A DNA stretch of 64,000 bases from Alphaproteobacteria bacterium (GTDB lineage Bacteria; Pseudomonadota; Alphaproteobacteria; UBA2966): assembly GCA_964291395.2 (NCBI GenBank), contig OZ219856.1:1504001-1568000 (forward strand), written 5' to 3'. The translations under genes were made by a program, and so were the position numbers. A model generated the notes under the pieces. The model saw nothing but the letters and a program-made list of their open reading frames with translations, was not told where the DNA came from and did no database searches. This document shows positions 59,638-64,000 of the stretch, piece after piece (position 1 is the stretch's first letter; the number at the start of each line of letters is the position of its first letter).

Positions 59638-59703
59638 AACACCATCATCTCTCATTCCCGGCCACGCAGAGACCACGCGGGCTCGTCGCTCGCCCGGCCT
59701 CCG

Positions 59704-59940
59704 TCAAGCCTTTCGAGGAGGTTCCTCGTCCAGGGCGGACTCCAGGGACCCTTCGTCCGTGACGCCGGCATCCCCAGCTACGTGGCGAAGAATTCCCCTG
59801 GCCGCGCCAGCGGTCTTCGGCACGATGGTAATGCGCCCGTCGGCGACGAAGCTGCGGACCTCGTCGCCTGGTCCGATCCCGGCCTCCCTGCACTGATCGG
59901 CAGGGAGCGTGATCCGGCGCCTGGCGCTCACTCGCGGCAT
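59704..59940 (-). CDS. AbrB/MazE/SpoVT family antitoxin (orphan)
   Basis: MPRVSARRRITLP....EAGIGPGDEV......GRITIVP. Confidence 0.85.
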   Translation of the reverse strand: MPRVSARRRITLPADQCREAGIGPGDEVRSFVADGRITIVPKTAGAARGILRHVAGDAGVTDEGSLESALDEEPPRKA

Positions 59941-60357
59941 GGGACCATTCCCCGGACAGGAGCAATAGCGAAAGGCAATGTCGAATTCTCCACCAGCGGC
60001 TCAGCGGCAAGGAGCCTGCAACACCGGCGGGACCGAAGGACAGCTCCTGGCGCTCTCCGGTCCGACGGCGTCGAGGGCGTGATGTTCTGGAGCATCAGCC
60101 GGCCACCAGACTTCCGGTCTCCCGGAACAGGCGATCGTATTCGGCCAGCAGCGCCTCGTCCGCAGGTTCGTCGTGCTCCCACTTGCGCCACTCGACCAGA
60201 GCCCTCCACCACATCCGATCCACCGCTTTCGATCTCGGATCGGTCGCTATAAGGAACACCGGCATCGGACACGGCCACCAGGTCTTGGCTGGCACGCCGA
60301 GGGGTGCGAGCGCGATAGCTGCCGCTCCAGCCGCGCCCCGCATCGTGGATTCATATG

Positions 60358-60696
60358 TCAAGGCGTGTTCTCCCCTTCTGCCACGTCATCGACTTCCCTG
60401 AGCACCGGAACATCGTCATCCCCGCCGGCGCCCGGCACCTCCTCCAGCACCGGCTTGGCCAGCGCCGCCAGGTACAGTTCCAGGTCCTCCCGCAGTTCCT
60501 CCAGAGTATTGCCCTGGGGAGCCCGGCCCTCCACGGACCAGGCGACGATCTCTTGGGCATCGCCGTCGATCTCATAATGGACCTCGTGCACGACGTAGAA
60601 GTACGGCTCGTCCCATCCGGACACGTGCCGGTGCCTGATGACCCGATGGTTCCACACGCTGCGTTTCTCATCGGTGTCGCTATCCGATGCCGCCAT
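60358..60696 (-). CDS. Phage-type hypothetical protein
   Basis: WNHRV...VVHEVHY...GNTLEELREDLELYLAALAKPVL; GGAGG RBS. Confidence 0.65.
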   Translation of the reverse strand: MAASDSDTDEKRSVWNHRVIRHRHVSGWDEPYFYVVHEVHYEIDGDAQEIVAWSVEGRAPQGNTLEELREDLELYLAALAKPVLEEVPGAGGDDDVPVLREVDDVAEGENTP

Positions 60697-61993
60697 GTTC
60701 CGACCTCCCGTTCCAGTCCGCGCCTGCATCAGCCTCCCGTTCCAGCCTCTGGATGATGGCCTCCCGGATCCGGGTGCCGCGGTTCGCCGTGCGCTTCGGC
60801 GTCTCGGAGCGCACCGTCGAGCAGCGGCTTCCCCAAGGCAGGTTCACATGGGCTGACCTCGCCAGAGCTGGACGGATGGTTGCAATGGGGGTGAAAAAAT
60901 ATTTCGACTTCGCGATCCAGAGACCCGAGCTAATTCGGTCGCAGCCACTTAAATGACTGAACGCCTGACAAGAGCCCCGTAGCGCCCTGAACTCCCTTAC
61001 AAACATCCCATCTACCTCGACGATTCTCCTACGCGCGCGTCTCGAAGGCCCGAAGGCCGCCCCGGTGTTGCGGGCGCGTCAGGCGTTGTCGGCCTCTTTG
61101 AGCAGCGCCACGATCCCATCGGCCAACTCCCGGATCGGCGCGTTCAGCCCGTCTCCGTAGTCGTTCAAGACCACGTCGCCCACGATGGATCAAGAGCTTC
61201 GCCAAACCGCGCGGCACGCTCACCAAGCCAGGAATGGACAATTATAGCGGTAGCCACGCCGAATGGTACGAGGCCTTTCCCAGGTTGCGGCGTGGATCTC
61301 AGTCGCCAAGTGATGGAGACGCTTAACAAATACGATCCGGAAGGCACTTCGAAGGCGATGAAAGGCCTAAAACTGCAAACGCCTGAACAAGCTAGAGCTG
61401 GCTACGTCGTCATGGCAGCGTTCATGCTACGACTTCACGATGTGAATTCGAACTCGCATGCTGGTCGGTTCTGAAACAGCTGCAAGTGCATCACTGAGAC
61501 CGGGCACGGATCTGTGTGCGATCGTTGCGGACTTCCTTCGACACGAGCACAAAACTGCGTCACGCTGGACCGGAAGGACCGGCGAATTTAGGGCCGCCAC
61601 TTGAGCATGATTATATTATGTGACGGTGGGCAATGCCGGTCGGCGCGCTATACGGTCTGGTGATTTGACTTTCGGCGCGCCCAACCCTGACGGCAGGCCG
61701 GCAATAAGCAACGCTCCGGGAAACGGCGTTGCGGACGCAGGCGCCAAAGCGGCTTCGGGGTTGTCCTTTCATTTTGATTGATGATGACCCTAAATCTGTC
61801 CGGACCAAATAAATGGAAGGGACAAGATAGGTTCAATACGAGAGTTCCGGAAGTTACCATGCAGTATCAGCCATTGCCGAGGGTTTCCGAGTGATGCCGT
61901 ACGCTACTTGTAACTTCCATGCAACTTTGGTCGACGCACCCGTCTGCATGGGAGGGATTGGTGAACCACTCGCCGGGGTTGGACGAAACTGTC

Positions 61994-62152
61994 GGAAACA
62001 TGGCCGTCATCCGACACTTCGCCTTCAACCTCCTGCGCATCGTCGACGACAAGCGCTCCATCAAGCTGCGCCGAAAGCGTGCCGCCAGAAACAACCAATA
62101 CCTCGCCGAAATCCTCCAACAGTTACGCCGTTAACCCGGATTCACGGCCGTG
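61994..62152 (+). mobile_element. ISAs1 family transposase 3' scrap with right end
   Basis: NMAVIRHFAFNLLR....KRSIKLRRKRAARNNQYLAEIL. Confidence 0.8.
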
Positions 62153-62754
62153 ACAAAGTCCGAGGTTTTTATAATCGCATGGGCAAAAGTCGGCCCATTG
62201 ACGCGATGAGCAGCGTCCATTTCATCCCAGCTAACGCCTGCCGTTGCATCGGTAATCAATGTTACGTTATAGCCAAGCTCCATACCGTAGCGAGCGGTTG
62301 ATTCGATGCAGGTGTTCACGCGCAAACCAACAACGACAATTTTCGATACCCCATGCTTTTTAAGCAGCATATCAAGATCCGTATTCGCAAAACCACTTTG
62401 CGCCCAATGCTCCTGCACAATAACGTCGCCGTCTTGCGGCTGAAATTCTGGGTGAAACTCACCACCCCATTCGCCATCAGCAAATAGTTTCAAATCTCGG
62501 CTGCGTTCTTGTGTTGGGGCGTAATTAACCCAGCCGTCATAACGTCCGGCGCGATATCGGCGATGCGGCACGAAAAATACTGTGATCCCGGCATTGCGAC
62601 ACAGGTCAACAATCACTTTCAGGTTCTCGAACAACTTGACCTCAGTAGCGACTTTCTCGATATGCGGATATAATATCCCGCCTTCCGCCAAAAAATCATT
62701 GTAAGGATCAACGAGCAGTAATGCTGTGTCCAATGGAGTGTGGCTGTTTGTCAT
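62131..62754 (-). CDS. Isochorismatase family cysteine hydrolase
   Basis: TALLLVDPYNDFL, SGFANTDLD, NTCIEST.R...ELGY.V....DAT; visibly lower GC. Confidence 0.9.
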   Translation of the reverse strand: MTNSHTPLDTALLLVDPYNDFLAEGGILYPHIEKVATEVKLFENLKVIVDLCRNAGITVFFVPHRRYRAGRYDGWVNYAPTQERSRDLKLFADGEWGGEFHPEFQPQDGDVIVQEHWAQSGFANTDLDMLLKKHGVSKIVVVGLRVNTCIESTARYGMELGYNVTLITDATAGVSWDEMDAAHRVNGPTFAHAIIKTSDFVTAVNPG

Positions 62755-62975
62755 ACCGTATCATCCTTCTCCTAGCCGACACCCAAGTGGCGTGCGGCTT
62801 GACGGTGAGATTTCCAGAACGAGCGATTTGATCAAGCGTCTTCTGCCTCGAGGCTCGTCTCTGGTCGGGGAAGTGCCCGGAACCGGGCAGATCGGGACAG
62901 AATTAAGCCGACATTCACCAGATGAACGTCGTTTCCGGCGATGAGGGTAGCCGTTCCGGCCATCGACGGCAATTT

Positions 62976-63254
62976 TCATGTTGATGGGCTGTAACCGTAA
63001 GGCTCCCGATCGGCGCGGAAGAACTGCAGGGACGGGCACACGCCTTTGGCTGACCCCCGCGGCGGCCTGGCTTCCTGGGCGATCCACCAACCGGCCAGAT
63101 CGGGTTGATCGCGCAATATGGCGGTGATCTTGCCGCGGCCTTTGAGATAGCAGAGACCGCAGTTGCCTTCGTAAGACCGCAGTGCCAGGTCAAAGGGCTG
63201 ACGCTGCCACCAGGCGAGCACATCGCGCTCTGAGCACGCCCTCTTTTGTTGCAT
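62976..63254 (-). pseudogene. C-terminal fragment of a phage NinC-like/PAPS-reductase family protein
   Basis: DVLAWWQRQPFDL....EGNCGLCYLKG......WW..QE. Confidence 0.65.
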
Positions 63255-63587
63255 GACGAGACAGAACCCGACTCCATTTTGACGCCAGAATATTTTTGGT
63301 CTCGCGCCTCAGATTGATCAGTCCAAATGCGCGGTTGTATACCCCCACCTGATTTAGCGATACTTGAGCATTACCCTACGAACGTGGAGGCTGAAATGAA
63401 GATTTCCAGTGTCGTCTTGGGTGCTGCTCTTGGAGCCCTCTTTGCAATTCCGATTGCGTCTGCACCATCGAGTGGGAGTAGCGACTGGTTGCACTTCTTC
63501 AGGTCGTGATCGTCTTTCCCACAATCATCTTCTGGAACTCGGTACGCCAGGGCGCCGCAAGTCAAAACCATCGGAGGAATTGGAAGC

Positions 63588-64000
63588 ATGATTCAGGACA
63601 CAGTTGGATTCATCGGTCTCGGGAATCTTGGCAAAGCCATTGCGGATAATATCGCCAAGGGTGGATTCGAAATGTGCGTCTACGACGTTGTCGGAGCCGA
63701 CGAACGGGCGCCACAGGGGGCAGTCGTTGGGGCCTCCGTGAGCGAAGTCGCGGAGCGGAGCGGTTTGATATTCATATGCCTTCCGACCGTCGAGTCCATC
63801 GAAACCGTGGTGGATGAGATTTGTTCGGCCAATATCGCAGACGGTACCGTGGTCGTGAACAACTCGACCGCGGGCCCGACGTGCGCGATCGCGGCCCATG
63901 GCCGACTCGGCAAAAAGGGCATCGCGTACGCGGACGCGACCATTTCGGCAACACCGCCCCGTGCACGGGCCGCGGAGGCAATCGTGATGTTCTCCGGCGA
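63588..64000 (+). CDS. NAD(P)-dependent beta-hydroxyacid dehydrogenase (3-hydroxyisobutyrate DH family), runs off the window
   Basis: VGFIGLGNLG..IA, ICLP, NST, YADATIS; GGAGG RBS. Confidence 0.88.
   Translation, partial: MIQDTVGFIGLGNLGKAIADNIAKGGFEMCVYDVVGADERAPQGAVVGASVSEVAERSGLIFICLPTVESIETVVDEICSANIADGTVVVNNSTAGPTCAIAAHGRLGKKGIAYADATISATPPRARAAEAIVMFSG

Noticed and set aside
58480-60360. Integron cassette array as the source of the antitoxin run
   Set aside because: No repeated attC-like GTTRRRY palindromes are visible between the genes, and the integrase is P4-type, not IntI.
61598-61627. dif-like site (GCATGA-TTATA-TTATGTG)
   Set aside because: The spacer is one base short of the 6-bp dif core, and the XerD arm matches only TTATGT.
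60840-61900. Short ORFs in low-GC DNA
   Set aside because: No recognisable motifs or consistent RBS; left unannotated as probable debris.

Overview
High-GC window, most likely alphaproteobacterial, given the conserved dsbA-like/mfd/sdhE/recG/DUF502 core block at 18.7-26.3 kb. That block sits among dense catabolic and transport genes: SDRs, amidohydrolases, two LLM oxidoreductases, 2OG-Fe(II) dioxygenases, TRAP transporter genes at two loci, five intact TauE/SafE paralogues plus one relic, and an EmrAB-type pump. Mobile DNA and its debris occur in four places. (1) tRNA-Ser(TGA) is followed by a collapsed P4-type integrase and a TIR-like fragment. (2) A group IIC intron sits immediately behind a rho-independent terminator and was later deleted into a mandelate-racemase-like gene. 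(3) A FitAB/VapBC module and an IS110 scrap lie between two 127-bp direct repeats that duplicate the 3' end of an uncharacterised gene, one of a tandem pair of divergent HEPN-like paralogues. (4) A lower-GC zone at 54-64 kb holds IS630/IS5/IS3/ISAs1 scraps, an intact P4-type integrase, and a co-oriented run of five different type II antitoxins with no toxin genes. Four single-base indels in short homopolymers suggest consensus errors in the assembly. All family calls come from motif recognition by eye; no database search was run.
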